Shown here: in pieces, positions 18,753-28,521 of the stretch
How the letters are laid out: each line of letters begins with the position of its first letter
How positions within the stretch are numbered: the stretch's first letter is position 1
Assembly: GCA_002430725.1 (NCBI GenBank)
Contig: DJCU01000042.1
Span: 1-61,332, forward strand
Source of the DNA: Candidatus Gottesmanbacteria bacterium UBA5942
GTDB taxonomy: Bacteria; Patescibacteriota; Microgenomatia; UBA10105; UBA927
Reading direction: 5' to 3'
Length of the DNA stretch: 61,332 bases
The notes under the pieces: model-generated
What the model saw: only the letters and a program-made list of their open reading frames with translations
What the model was told of the DNA's origin: nothing
Database searches by the model: none
Made by a program: the position numbers and the translations under genes

Positions 18753-19796
18753 ATGTATCACCCTCAGTTTACGATCACTAACAAAATCCTCAAAACTACC
18801 GGTATTATCGAGGCTGCAAAAGAAGTGATAGAGAACAGCCCACTCGTGCCTGCTTGGGAAGCAAAATTCCGCGAAGAAGCACTTGTCCGTACAGTGCATC
18901 ACGGTACTCACATAGAAGGGAATGATTTAACAAAGCATGAGGCAGAAAAAGTGCTCGCTGGACATACGATCGTGGGGAGGGAGCGGGATATTCAGGAGGT
19001 ACTAAACTATCGAAACGTATTGAAATTTATTAGCGATTTCCAAGGGAAGGATATTACAGAGGAAGTGATTAAACATGTACACGCGCTTGTGGCTCACCGC
19101 ATACTTCCCGAAGAACAGGTTGGTGAATACCGAAAAACTCAAGTTGTAGTAAAAAACGCGCAAACAGGAGAAATTACTTTTCGGCCACCCCCTGCAGTAG
19201 AAGTGCCTTTTTTACTTTCCGATTTTGTGGACTGGGTAAATAGTGTGAGTAACGATGATATTCATCCCGCGCTTAAAGCAGGAGTTGTCCATTATGAGTT
19301 AGTAAGGATACACCCGTTCCTTGATGGGAACGGGCGTGTGGCGCGCGCAATCGCAACACTTGTTCTTTTTTGCGAAGGTTATGATATAAAGCGATTTTTT
19401 GCACTAGAAGAACATTATGACCGTGATCCGCTTAATTACTACAACGCGTTGCAAAGCGTTGGACAGACGCAAGGAAATCTTAACGGATGGTTGGAGTATT
19501 TTAGTGAAGGGTTGGCAATTGAGCTTACCCGCATTAAAGAGAAGGTAAAATCACTTTCAACTGATCTGAAAATCAAGAAATCACTTGGTGGGCAGCAGCT
19601 CGCACTCACTGAGCGGCAGATTAAGATTATTGAGTTTGTTCAGGAGCAAGGATTTTTACAGAACAAGGCGTTTTTTGAGTTATTTCCACAGGTTTCTGAA
19701 GATACCGTGCTTCGTGAATTGAAGGACTTGTTAAAAAAGGGTATAGTCAAAAAAGAAGGATCTACGAAAGGCGCAAAATACGTGTTGCGCACGTAA
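18753..19796 (+). CDS. Fic family protein with C-terminal winged-helix region
   Basis: Fic motif HPFLDGNGRVAR (HxFx[DE]GNGR). Confidence 0.85.
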   Translation: MYHPQFTITNKILKTTGIIEAAKEVIENSPLVPAWEAKFREEALVRTVHHGTHIEGNDLTKHEAEKVLAGHTIVGRERDIQEVLNYRNVLKFISDFQGKDITEEVIKHVHALVAHRILPEEQVGEYRKTQVVVKNAQTGEITFRPPPAVEVPFLLSDFVDWVNSVSNDDIHPALKAGVVHYELVRIHPFLDGNGRVARAIATLVLFCEGYDIKRFFALEEHYDRDPLNYYNALQSVGQTQGNLNGWLEYFSEGLAIELTRIKEKVKSLSTDLKIKKSLGGQQLALTERQIKIIEFVQEQGFLQNKAFFELFPQVSEDTVLRELKDLLKKGIVKKEGSTKGAKYVLRT

Positions 19797-19809
19797 TGCG
19801 TGAACAGAT

Positions 19810-19995
19810 ATGGATCTATCGAGCCCTGCCATCACATACGCGTTGCTAATTATCCCTACCTTTTTTGCACTCACTGTTATTTTGCAGGGAATAAGCAAGG
19901 TGGTGAAAGAAGAGGCTGATGGTCCAGTTGCAGTGGGTGTCGGCGTGTTTCTGCTCATTCTCATCGCGGCAGCGTACTTTTTGTTTATTCGCTGA
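19810..19995 (+). CDS. small hypothetical 2-TM protein
   Basis: 61 aa with two hydrophobic helices. Confidence 0.4.
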   Translation: MDLSSPAITYALLIIPTFFALTVILQGISKVVKEEADGPVAVGVGVFLLILIAAAYFLFIR

Positions 19996-20015
19996 TCTGA
20001 GACAAAGATATTGTT

Positions 20016-21731
20016 ATGTTATTTTCCCAGCTTGCTTCATATCTCGGTAAACTCGAGAAAACGAGATCCCGTAATGAAATTACGGAAATTCTCGCTGATC
20101 TTTTTACACATGCAAAAGCAGACGAAATTGGTAAATTGAGTTATCTCCTGCAGGGGAGGGTGGTGCCGCTTTACGAGGCGGTAGAATTTGGAATTGCTGA
20201 CAAGTTTATTATTCGGGCAATTGCGCTTGCTTACAACGTTTCTTCAGAAGATGTGATGAGGGAATTTAAGAAGCTTGGAGATTTAGGCTATGCTGCTCAA
20301 TCGCTTCACAATGGGGTCTCGAAAGGACTGCGCGTTGTCGATGTCTATGAGGCGTTATATTGTATTGCAACGGTGAGTGGTCAAGGGTCACAGGAGAAAA
20401 AAATAGGTTTACTTTCCAATTTACTTATGAAGTTGGATAAGGAGTCCGCATGTTATGTTGTGCGTATTCCTATCGATAAGCTTCGATTGGGTTTTTCTGA
20501 AACGACCATACTAGACGCGTTATCGTGGATGCTAGTAGGCGACAAAACACTGAGATCTACACTTGAGGACGCCTACAACGTGCGGCCAGATATAGGGTAT
20601 ATATCTGAAACCGTAAAGCGCGAGGGGATAGAAGGATTACGTCATGTACGGGCGCGTGTTGGGTCTCCGGTGCTTTCGCAATTATCGCAACGACTCCCAA
20701 ATGCCGATGACATGATTAAGAAAATGGGAGAAGTAGCGGTTGAGCCGAAATATGACGGAGTGAGAGTAGAGCTTCACTTCAAGCGGGGATCGTGGGTGCG
20801 AACGTTTTCAAGAAATTTAGAAAATACCACCGAGATGTTTCCTGAATTAACAAACGTGGGGAACGAGTTGCGCGCAGACGATGTCATTTTAGACGGTGAG
20901 GCAGTTGGGTTAGATCCAAAAACAGGGAAGACGATATCGTTTCAGGAAACAACAACACGAAAAAGAAAACACAATATTGCCGAGGCGAGCAAAAGTGTGC
21001 CGCTCAAATTTTTTGTGTTCGATATTCTCTATAAGAACGGTAAGGATTTATTAAGTGTTCCACTTTCAGAGCGGAGAAAAATACTTGAACATACGGTTGT
21101 TCCGGGGGTATTGCTTGCGATTTCACCACAAATAGTGACTAGTGAAGCAAATGTAGTGCGTTCTTACCATGATAAACAGTTAAAAGCTGGCCTAGAGGGG
21201 GCAATGGTTAAAAAGTGGAATAGTCCTTACGAACCAGGGCGGAGAGGGTATTCTTGGGTAAAATTTAAGGAAGAAGAGGGGAAAACTGGAAAGCTTACTG
21301 ATACGATAGACGCGGTCGTCATGGGATATTATTTAGGAGAGGGGAAGCGAACAGGTTTTGGTATCGGGGCGCTTTTGGTAGGGGTGAAGAAGGCAGATGC
21401 GTACGTAACAGTGACCAAAATAGGTACTGGCGTGAGTGATGAGTTGTGGAAAGCGTTACGAACCAAGCTTCATGCGATAAACACACGCGAGCAGCCGAAG
21501 GAGTACCAAGACGTAAATAAAGTATTTCTTCCTGATGTGTGGGTAAGTCCGCGAGTGGTCGTTGAGCTTGCAGGCGATGACCTCACTAAGTCTCCTTCAC
21601 ATGGAGCGGGGTACGCGGTGCGGTTTCCGCGGTTGGTACGTATTCGTACTGATAAGCGACCCGATCAGGTAACAACGGTAGTTGAGCTCACTGAGATGTT
21701 CACGAATCAAAAGAGCCACACGAAGAAATAA
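20016..21731 (+). CDS. ATP-dependent DNA ligase (archaeal/eukaryotic Lig1-like)
   Basis: Adenylation motif I EPKYDGVRV (KxDG), motif EGAMVK, a C-terminal OB domain and a long N-terminal DNA-binding domain. Confidence 0.9.
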   Translation: MLFSQLASYLGKLEKTRSRNEITEILADLFTHAKADEIGKLSYLLQGRVVPLYEAVEFGIADKFIIRAIALAYNVSSEDVMREFKKLGDLGYAAQSLHNGVSKGLRVVDVYEALYCIATVSGQGSQEKKIGLLSNLLMKLDKESACYVVRIPIDKLRLGFSETTILDALSWMLVGDKTLRSTLEDAYNVRPDIGYISETVKREGIEGLRHVRARVGSPVLSQLSQRLPNADDMIKKMGEVAVEPKYDGVRVELHFKRGSWVRTFSRNLENTTEMFPELTNVGNELRADDVILDGEAVGLDPKTGKTISFQETTTRKRKHNIAEASKSVPLKFFVFDILYKNGKDLLSVPLSERRKILEHTVVPGVLLAISPQIVTSEANVVRSYHDKQLKAGLEGAMVKKWNSPYEPGRRGYSWVKFKEEEGKTGKLTDTIDAVVMGYYLGEGKRTGFGIGALLVGVKKADAYVTVTKIGTGVSDELWKALRTKLHAINTREQPKEYQDVNKVFLPDVWVSPRVVVELAGDDLTKSPSHGAGYAVRFPRLVRIRTDKRPDQVTTVVELTEMFTNQKSHTKK

Positions 21732-21803
21732 AGACGTCATAATGCCCGTAAGTTTGCTCCGTATCAGTAGTCTACGTTATAATATGCGGGAAGTTATTTA
21801 TTT

Positions 21804-22622
21804 ATGAAGCGCCCGCTTTTTTCGATTATTATACCGACACTAAACGAGGAAAAATTCATTCCCAAATTACTTGACTCACTCGTTGCGCAAACCGTAATGG
21901 ATTTCGAGGTTATTGTTACCGATGGTCCATCGAAAGACAAAACAAAACAGGTCGTGTTAGGCTACAAAAAAAAGTTACCCTTAACGCTTATAAGCAGTAA
22001 AAAAGGAAGTTTGCCGTTGCAGAGAAATTTAGGAGCTAGATCTGCAAAAGGGGAGTGGTTTGTTTTTATTGATGCTGATAGCATCTTACATCCGTATTTT
22101 ATCGAGCGAATTATTCTATACATACGTGAGAAGCATCCTGTATTTTTTACTACGTGGGCATTGCCTGATTCTGAGCTTACTCATGACAGTATATTTACGC
22201 TCCTTACGAATATTTACTGGGAAAGCACTGTATTAATCAAACGACCGGTTGCGCCAGGCCCACTTACGGTAGTTGACGCGCAAGCATTCCTCTCTGTTGG
22301 TGGATATGATGAAGCTCACGATTACAATGAAGACGTTGATCTCGGTCTCCGACTACAAGCGCAAGGACATCAATTTTCGATACTCCGGGAATCGCTTTAT
22401 GTTTGGTCTATGCGGCGAATACGCCGTGAAGGCAAAATGAAAGTGATGAACCAATACATCCTTTCGATGCTTCCTGTTCTGATATTCAAAAAGCCCTTAA
22501 GGCATATGCCTGGATATACCATGGGTGGTCATTTATATTCGTCAAAAAAACGCATTCAGCGATCAGTGCTGAAGTCGTATGAGCGGAAACTTAAGGAGCT
22601 CATGAAGGATATCTTCGATTAG
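21804..22622 (+). CDS. glycosyltransferase family 2
   Basis: FSIIIPTLNEE..., a DAD (DxD) motif, and EDVDLGLRL. Confidence 0.8.
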   Translation: MKRPLFSIIIPTLNEEKFIPKLLDSLVAQTVMDFEVIVTDGPSKDKTKQVVLGYKKKLPLTLISSKKGSLPLQRNLGARSAKGEWFVFIDADSILHPYFIERIILYIREKHPVFFTTWALPDSELTHDSIFTLLTNIYWESTVLIKRPVAPGPLTVVDAQAFLSVGGYDEAHDYNEDVDLGLRLQAQGHQFSILRESLYVWSMRRIRREGKMKVMNQYILSMLPVLIFKKPLRHMPGYTMGGHLYSSKKRIQRSVLKSYERKLKELMKDIFD

Positions 22623-22623
22623 T

Positions 22624-22872
22624 ATGCGACTACTCCAAAAATTAATAAGAGTATTGATTAAGGCGTTAATTTTTTTTGCGTCAACCCACCTTGCTATTCT
22701 CGCTTTTCATGCGATGCGATCGAAGGAGTGGGAAGTGTTATCCATGGCTTCCATAATGGATATCAGTTATTTGTATAGCAATCCAAGTTTTATTTATGTG
22801 ATCGAAGGGGGATTGTGGATAGCCCTTGTGTTGCTGCTCATATTTCTTTGGTTTTCAGAGAAAAAGGCATAA
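22624..22872 (+). CDS. small hypothetical membrane protein
   Basis: 82 aa with two hydrophobic helices. It starts 1 nt after the upstream stop. Confidence 0.45.
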   Translation: MRLLQKLIRVLIKALIFFASTHLAILAFHAMRSKEWEVLSMASIMDISYLYSNPSFIYVIEGGLWIALVLLLIFLWFSEKKA

Positions 22873-22930
22873 ATAGCAGAGTGACACATATCATAGCTGT
22901 GGGTGACGCAGTGTTATACTGGTAGGCGAC

Positions 22931-24085
22931 ATGAACATATTACTGGTATCTGACGTGTATCTTCCGACGGTGAGCGGGGTGGCGACCTCTACTGATTCTA
23001 TTGTCCGGTTTATGGTTTCTCAGGGGCATCAGGTGACCCTTGTGTGTCCTCGCCCTCTTGTTTCGTTTGTAGCACCTCGCGTATCTGGGCTAACTATTGT
23101 GTACACTCCGGGAATGGGTGATGCATTGTTTGTTAATAAATCAATGACGCCATTTCCTTTAGGGTTTCCTACGCTGTGGCGTATATTGCGGATGCAAAAA
23201 ATTGACGTCATGCATATACAGGAACCTGGCTCCTTAGGAGTTACCGCACTGTTACTTAGCAAATTTTTTCGGGTGCCAGTTGTGGGAGCGCAACATTTTT
23301 CGTGGATTCAAATAGAGAAGGTTGCCCCTCCTTTACTTCGTTGGATTAGCGTGCCTTTTATGAAGTGGTATGTTCGGATCATATATGGAGGGTTTGCTGC
23401 AATTATGGTGCCGACAAAAACCGCATCGCGTGATCTTTCCGCAATCATTGGGAGAGAGAATCAAATTTATCCTATCTCAAATGGTGTCGACACCGATATC
23501 TATGTGCCGCGAAAAGTGTCACTTTCGCGACTTCGGATAAAATATAAATTGCCAGTGGACGGTTCGGTGTTTCTTTATATCGGCAGGCTTGATGCAGATA
23601 AGAATATCGAAACCATCCTTCGTTCGTTACCTCAGGTGAAGCAAAAGATCCACATGGTGATTGCGGGAGTAGGGAAGCAGAAAGAGCGTTTGTTAAATCT
23701 TTCGCGCGAGTTGGGTATTACGAATATTACGTGGATTGGTGAGGTGCAAAAACAGGCAATAATAGATCTGTATCAGCTTGCAGATGTTTTTGTGATTATG
23801 TCTCCAGTAGAGACACAGAGCATCGTTGCCCTGCAAGCGATTTCATGTGGATTGCCACTCGTTGCAGCGAATGCAGGTGCTCTCCCTGAGCTTGTGGATG
23901 GCACGAATGGGTTTTTGGTAGATGCCAATGACGATAAAACGCTCGCTACTTATCTCGATCGTCTTGCTGCATCACCAGCGCTGCGGAAAAGGATGGGGCA
24001 GCGCAGTCGAGTTATTGGACTTACCCATCATAAGCCTCGAGTGTTAGCAAAACTTGAAGCGTTGTATCAACAAGTCATAGCGTAA
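22931..24085 (+). CDS. glycosyltransferase family 4 (GT-B)
   Basis: N-terminal LLVSDVYLPTVSGV. The C-terminal region (PVETQSIVALQAISCGLPLVA) is the GT4 sugar-donor pocket. Confidence 0.8.
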   Translation: MNILLVSDVYLPTVSGVATSTDSIVRFMVSQGHQVTLVCPRPLVSFVAPRVSGLTIVYTPGMGDALFVNKSMTPFPLGFPTLWRILRMQKIDVMHIQEPGSLGVTALLLSKFFRVPVVGAQHFSWIQIEKVAPPLLRWISVPFMKWYVRIIYGGFAAIMVPTKTASRDLSAIIGRENQIYPISNGVDTDIYVPRKVSLSRLRIKYKLPVDGSVFLYIGRLDADKNIETILRSLPQVKQKIHMVIAGVGKQKERLLNLSRELGITNITWIGEVQKQAIIDLYQLADVFVIMSPVETQSIVALQAISCGLPLVAANAGALPELVDGTNGFLVDANDDKTLATYLDRLAASPALRKRMGQRSRVIGLTHHKPRVLAKLEALYQQVIA

Positions 24086-24091
24086 AAGTGT

Positions 24092-25447
24092 ATGGCTGAG
24101 ATTATTGCAGATTTACAGCTCCATTCACGATTTTCTCGTGCTGTTTCCCCAGCGATGACTATCCCTAATATTGCACTTTGGGCAAAAAGGAAGGGTATAG
24201 GCCTTGTCGCAACTGGCGATTGGACACATCCCCAATGGTTTCGTGAGATAGAACGTGATTTAGAGGAAACCGGTAACGGATTACTGCGGTTAAAGGGGGA
24301 TAAGGGCGGGATGCCGCTTTTTTTGCTTGCAACAGAAGTATCGTGCATTTATTCACAGGGAGGGAAGGTGCGGCGTGTGCATACCTTATTATGGGTGCCA
24401 AGTATTGATGCCGCTCGGAAGATAAGTGTAGAGATGACAAAACGGGGGTGTAACCTATTGAGTGACGGCCGACCTATTGTGGGGCTTACGAGTATGCAGA
24501 TAGCTGAGCTTGTTTTTGCTATTGAGCCTCATGCGCTTATTATTCCTGCACACGCGTGGACACCATGGTTTAGTGTTTATGGGAGTTTGGGCGGATTCGA
24601 CAGTATAGAGGAGGCATTTGGTTCGTATGCGAAACATATTTCTGCCGTAGAAACGGGGCTATCGAGTAATCCTATGATGAATTGGCGCATCCCCGAGCTT
24701 GACTCGCGGGCAATTGTGTCGTTTTCTGATGCACATTCTGGTGCAAAACTTGGGCGGGAAGCAACCATTTTTGAAATACCAGAAGGGCAGGTAAGTTATG
24801 ATGCGATATATCAAGCGCTTCGGGTGACCGATAGAAAAAGTCCACAGAAAAGTGCCATCGCATATACTGTTGAGTTTTATCCTGAGGAAGGGAAATATCA
24901 CTATACCGGTCACCGTGCGTGCAATATACGGCAGACTCCAGAAGAAACACGCGAAAAGGGAACAACGTGCCCGGTGTGTGGCAAGCCGCTTACCGTTGGA
25001 GTGATGCATCGAGTTGATGATTTGGCCGGAAGAACCCAGCAGGAAGTAGCGCTCGTTGAGCGTACACCTAAAGACCCGATGTGCAAGGTAAAAATGTATG
25101 GCAGTGATGCATTCCCTCATAGACCACCGTTTATGATGATGGTGCCGCTTATGGAGATAATTGCCGAATCTATCGGATCACCAGTCACCAGTCCAAAAGT
25201 GCAAATGCCATATACCCGCCTTACTGATGAATTGGGTAGCGAGTTTTCGGTGCTTATGCGCGCTGAGGTTCGCGAAATTGCACACATTGCGGGAGAAAAA
25301 ATTGCGATAGGTATTGATCGAGTACGTGAAGGAAAACTCACGATCGATCCAGGATACGATGGGGTGTTTGGTGTCGTAAAAATATGGGAAACGGGAGAAG
25401 AGGGGATTGTTGATAAAAGCCGGGAACAGTTGATGCTAGAAATCTAG
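24092..25447 (+). CDS. PHP-domain, endonuclease Q-like protein
   Basis: N-terminal ADLQLHSRFSRA (PHP His motif). The central GKYHYTGHRAC..CPVCGKPLTVGVMHRV zinc-finger block resembles the EndoQ family. Confidence 0.6.
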   Translation: MAEIIADLQLHSRFSRAVSPAMTIPNIALWAKRKGIGLVATGDWTHPQWFREIERDLEETGNGLLRLKGDKGGMPLFLLATEVSCIYSQGGKVRRVHTLLWVPSIDAARKISVEMTKRGCNLLSDGRPIVGLTSMQIAELVFAIEPHALIIPAHAWTPWFSVYGSLGGFDSIEEAFGSYAKHISAVETGLSSNPMMNWRIPELDSRAIVSFSDAHSGAKLGREATIFEIPEGQVSYDAIYQALRVTDRKSPQKSAIAYTVEFYPEEGKYHYTGHRACNIRQTPEETREKGTTCPVCGKPLTVGVMHRVDDLAGRTQQEVALVERTPKDPMCKVKMYGSDAFPHRPPFMMMVPLMEIIAESIGSPVTSPKVQMPYTRLTDELGSEFSVLMRAEVREIAHIAGEKIAIGIDRVREGKLTIDPGYDGVFGVVKIWETGEEGIVDKSREQLMLEI

Positions 25448-25479
25448 CAAAAATAAAGGATGCCTTTAGGTTCGGGTGA

Positions 25480-25509
25480 TTGACGATACGAAAAAAAACG
25501 TGGTATGTT
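25480..25509 (+). promoter_or_regulatory. sigma70-like promoter
   Basis: TTGACG-N18 (ending in TGG)-TATGTT, upstream of the 25576 gene. Confidence 0.45.
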
Positions 25510-25575
25510 GGGTAAGACCTGCCTGTCGCGCGAAGAAACGCGCAAGCGGTGAGGGAGGATTGGAGGTGATACGAA

Positions 25576-25905
25576 ATGGCAGATAAAGGAAATGAAAACC
25601 TTATGGGAGCAGTCAGTTATCTCCTGGGGTTTGTCACCGGTATTATCATGTTGCTTTTGGAAAAGCAAAGTAAGTTTGTGCGCTTCCACGCAATGCAATC
25701 CACGATATTGTTCGGTGGAGTGTTTGTTGCAAACATAGCGCTCGGATTTTTACCGATTATCGGATGGCTCCTTGGGTTACTGTTGAGCTTTACATCATTT
25801 ATCTTGTGGATCGTGTGTATGTGGAAAGCGTTCCAAGGAGAAATGTATAAAGTACCATACGTTGGAGATATTGCTGAAAAGCAGCTTTCCAAGATGGGGA
25901 AGTAA
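25576..25905 (+). CDS. DUF4870-like small membrane protein
   Basis: GAVSYLLGFVTGIIMLLLEKQSKFVRFHAMQS block and three TM helices. Confidence 0.6.
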   Translation: MADKGNENLMGAVSYLLGFVTGIIMLLLEKQSKFVRFHAMQSTILFGGVFVANIALGFLPIIGWLLGLLLSFTSFILWIVCMWKAFQGEMYKVPYVGDIAEKQLSKMGK

Positions 25906-25970
25906 GTGCTGTGTTGATCAACACATGATTGGCACCTTGGAGAATACGTTATAAAGGGGGTGCTAATCAC

Positions 25971-26597
25971 GTGTTATTCAATGACCGACAACATGCAGGT
26001 ATACTTCTGGCCGAAAAATTAACGGCCTATCAAAACGGTCATGCGCTTATTTTGGGATTGGCTCGCGGGGGGATTGTGACTGCAAAAAGTGTCGCTAATC
26101 AGCTTCATTTACCGATAGACGTGCTTGTTATTAAGAAATTATCGAGCCCACAAGATCGCGAGTTTGCCATAGGCGCTCTGGCTCCGGAGAATGCGGAGAT
26201 AATTCATTGGAAAGATGTGCAGCGATCGGGAGCAGATGAAATATACGTGCGTCATGAAGCCAAGCGTTTATCAAAAGAAATTAGTGCGCTTATGGCAAAA
26301 TATCGAAAAGGAAAGAAGCCGGTAAACGTAGAGGGAAAAATGGTTTTACTCATTGATGATGGAGCTGCAACGGGAGCATCTATGGAAGCTGCAGTGTTGT
26401 GGGCCAAAAGAAAAAAAGCAAAAGATATTGTTGTTGCATTGCCGGTTATTTCTGGGGAAGCTTATCGAAAGCTCCGACCGGAGGTGAGCGATGTTGTGGC
26501 ATGTCACACTGCAGATGTATTCGGTGCGGTAGGTGATTATTACAAATCGTTTCCACAAATTACAGACGAAGAAGTGGTATCCTTAGGAAGGGGGTAA
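25971..26597 (+). CDS. phosphoribosyltransferase family protein
   Basis: PRPP-binding motif VLLIDDGAATGASM. GTG 25971 (VLFNDRQHAG) fits the usual family N-terminus better than TTG 25929. Confidence 0.8.
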   Translation: MLFNDRQHAGILLAEKLTAYQNGHALILGLARGGIVTAKSVANQLHLPIDVLVIKKLSSPQDREFAIGALAPENAEIIHWKDVQRSGADEIYVRHEAKRLSKEISALMAKYRKGKKPVNVEGKMVLLIDDGAATGASMEAAVLWAKRKKAKDIVVALPVISGEAYRKLRPEVSDVVACHTADVFGAVGDYYKSFPQITDEEVVSLGRG

Positions 26598-26603
26598 TAT
26601 AGT

Positions 26604-27194
26604 ATGAAACTTATTGTTGGATTGGGTAATCCGGGGGATAAATATAAAGACACCCGGCACAATGTCGGATTTATGGTCGTTGATAAGTTGGCACATGAGT
26701 TAGGTGGCGCGGATATTCAGTGGGAAAGAAGTTCGAAGCATAAGGCAAGCATCGCAAAGGCTGGAGAAGTTGTTTTGGTAAAGCCTGAGACATTTATGAA
26801 CGCGAGTGGCATCGCGGTAAAAAGTATCGCTGCCTTTTATAAGGCATTACCTGAGGATGTGTGGGTGATACACGATGATCTTGATTTGCCGCTCGGGAAA
26901 ATTCGTATCAGAACCGGTGGTGCGTCTGCAGGGCATCATGGCATTGATTCGGTAATTAAAGAGCTAGGAAGCGATAAATTTACCCGAATTCGTTTGGGTA
27001 TTGGAAAAGGCAAAAGTGGTAGCACTGTTGTGGCTGATCGACAGCTTCATCAATCGTCCGTTATCCGATTTGTGTTATCCCGGTTCGGTCAAAGTGAGGC
27101 AGGCGAATTTAAGCATCTTGTAAAACGGGGAGTAGAGGCAGTGCGGATCGCATTATTTAAAGGTGTGGATCAAGCAATGAATAGATTTAATTAA
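26604..27194 (+). CDS. pth: peptidyl-tRNA hydrolase
   Basis: MKLIVGLGNPG..Y..TRHNVGF, FMNASG, and HDDLDLPLGKIR. Confidence 0.9.
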   Translation: MKLIVGLGNPGDKYKDTRHNVGFMVVDKLAHELGGADIQWERSSKHKASIAKAGEVVLVKPETFMNASGIAVKSIAAFYKALPEDVWVIHDDLDLPLGKIRIRTGGASAGHHGIDSVIKELGSDKFTRIRLGIGKGKSGSTVVADRQLHQSSVIRFVLSRFGQSEAGEFKHLVKRGVEAVRIALFKGVDQAMNRFN

Positions 27195-27200
27195 TGTTAT

Positions 27201-27464
27201 ATGCAAAAAGTGGGCACAATACTGTCAAAGTTTAATCCAGTGGAGGATAAATATATCTCCCGTGAGTTTCAGGCATACGGGATTTATCTTTCGGAAACAC
27301 TCGGGGATTACAAACACAAAGCGCTTTACATACGACTTGCAAAAACGGTGCCCCGCGCAATTTTGGAAAAAGCGCTCTCGTTTGTAAAAGATGCCAGGGC
27401 AAATAATAAGGCGAAGCTTTTTATGTGGAAGATGAAGGAGCTCCGGACAACACCTCAAGAATAG
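27201..27464 (+). CDS. hypothetical protein
   Basis: 87-aa ORF starting 6 nt after the pth stop. No family recognised. Confidence 0.5.
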   Translation: MQKVGTILSKFNPVEDKYISREFQAYGIYLSETLGDYKHKALYIRLAKTVPRAILEKALSFVKDARANNKAKLFMWKMKELRTTPQE

Positions 27465-27558
27465 GAGTAAGCGATAGTGGCCACACTATGATAATGATGC
27501 GAGTGTTTACTCATCCTCACGCTTCATTCTTTGCTGTTTTGCGTTACAATAAATAGAC

Positions 27559-28020
27559 ATGGATAAAGTGAAGGAATTAATCCGCAGCAAGCCTCGTATT
27601 TTTGTATATATTACGGGGGTTTATTTATTGGTAATGGTGCTTATAAAGTGGCTTACCAATCCTTCGCTCGATGCTCTGTGGTTTTTTGTGGGTGGTGCTA
27701 TTGGTATTTATTTTTTGGACGCCGCTGAAATATTTTTTGGGTTACAACCTTCACCTTTTCGCTCGATTGTTTTTGGAACACTATTTGCGGTTGTTGCATT
27801 TTTTGTGGTGACAAGTTCTGCAAGTATGGTTGGGATAGGCTTAGTATTGTCTCTGTATTTACAGATGTTGCTTTGGCAGGTAGGGGAGTGGCGTGTAAAT
27901 AAAAATCTGGACAGTTGGTATCGTATGGTGGCGGGGCCCGTAAGTATATCTACCCAACGGTCTATTCTTATTATCGCGTTTATTATTTTTTTGGTGGAAA
28001 CAATTATATTTGTGCGTTGA
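27559..28020 (+). CDS. hypothetical integral membrane protein
   Basis: 153 aa with 4-5 hydrophobic helices. Confidence 0.55.
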   Translation: MDKVKELIRSKPRIFVYITGVYLLVMVLIKWLTNPSLDALWFFVGGAIGIYFLDAAEIFFGLQPSPFRSIVFGTLFAVVAFFVVTSSASMVGIGLVLSLYLQMLLWQVGEWRVNKNLDSWYRMVAGPVSISTQRSILIIAFIIFLVETIIFVR

Positions 28021-28021
28021 T

Positions 28022-28507
28022 ATGATGCAGCCGGGATCATTATTATGGCAATATCTGAGTGTTGCTGAGCGACAATTGGCTCTTGATGGGCAATTGTTGC
28101 TTGCGGATAGAAAAAATCACCCAAACGAAGAACTCAGTGATTATTCGTATTTAGTTTTCCCGTTTGCCAAACTCTATGAGGGCTTCCTGAAACAGTTGTT
28201 TCGTGATTTGGAAATCATAAGTGATCGCGAGTACGAAAGCGCACATTTTCGTTTGGGAAAAGTATTAAGCCCAAACCTCATTCGTAGGCTAGGTGCAAAA
28301 AGCGCGTATGGAACGGTGACAAAGCGGTATGGGCCTCATCTATCGGATATGCTTTGGAATACATGGAAGCAGGGACGCAATCTCGTGTTTCATTATTTTC
28401 CTCACAATGTACGGCGGCTGAGTTTGGAAGAGGCGACCAATATCATCCACATGATTGTGGACACAATGAGTGAAGCAGTCGACCTTACTCGTCCGATGAA
28501 GAAATAG
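28022..28507 (+). CDS. hypothetical protein with HEPN-like Rx4H motif
   Basis: WKQGRNLVFHYF contains R-N-x3-H, the HEPN RNase signature. The start (ATG 28022 or GTG 28010) overlaps or abuts the upstream stop. Confidence 0.45.
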   Translation: MMQPGSLLWQYLSVAERQLALDGQLLLADRKNHPNEELSDYSYLVFPFAKLYEGFLKQLFRDLEIISDREYESAHFRLGKVLSPNLIRRLGAKSAYGTVTKRYGPHLSDMLWNTWKQGRNLVFHYFPHNVRRLSLEEATNIIHMIVDTMSEAVDLTRPMKK

Positions 28508-28521
28508 TAAAAAAGACATGC

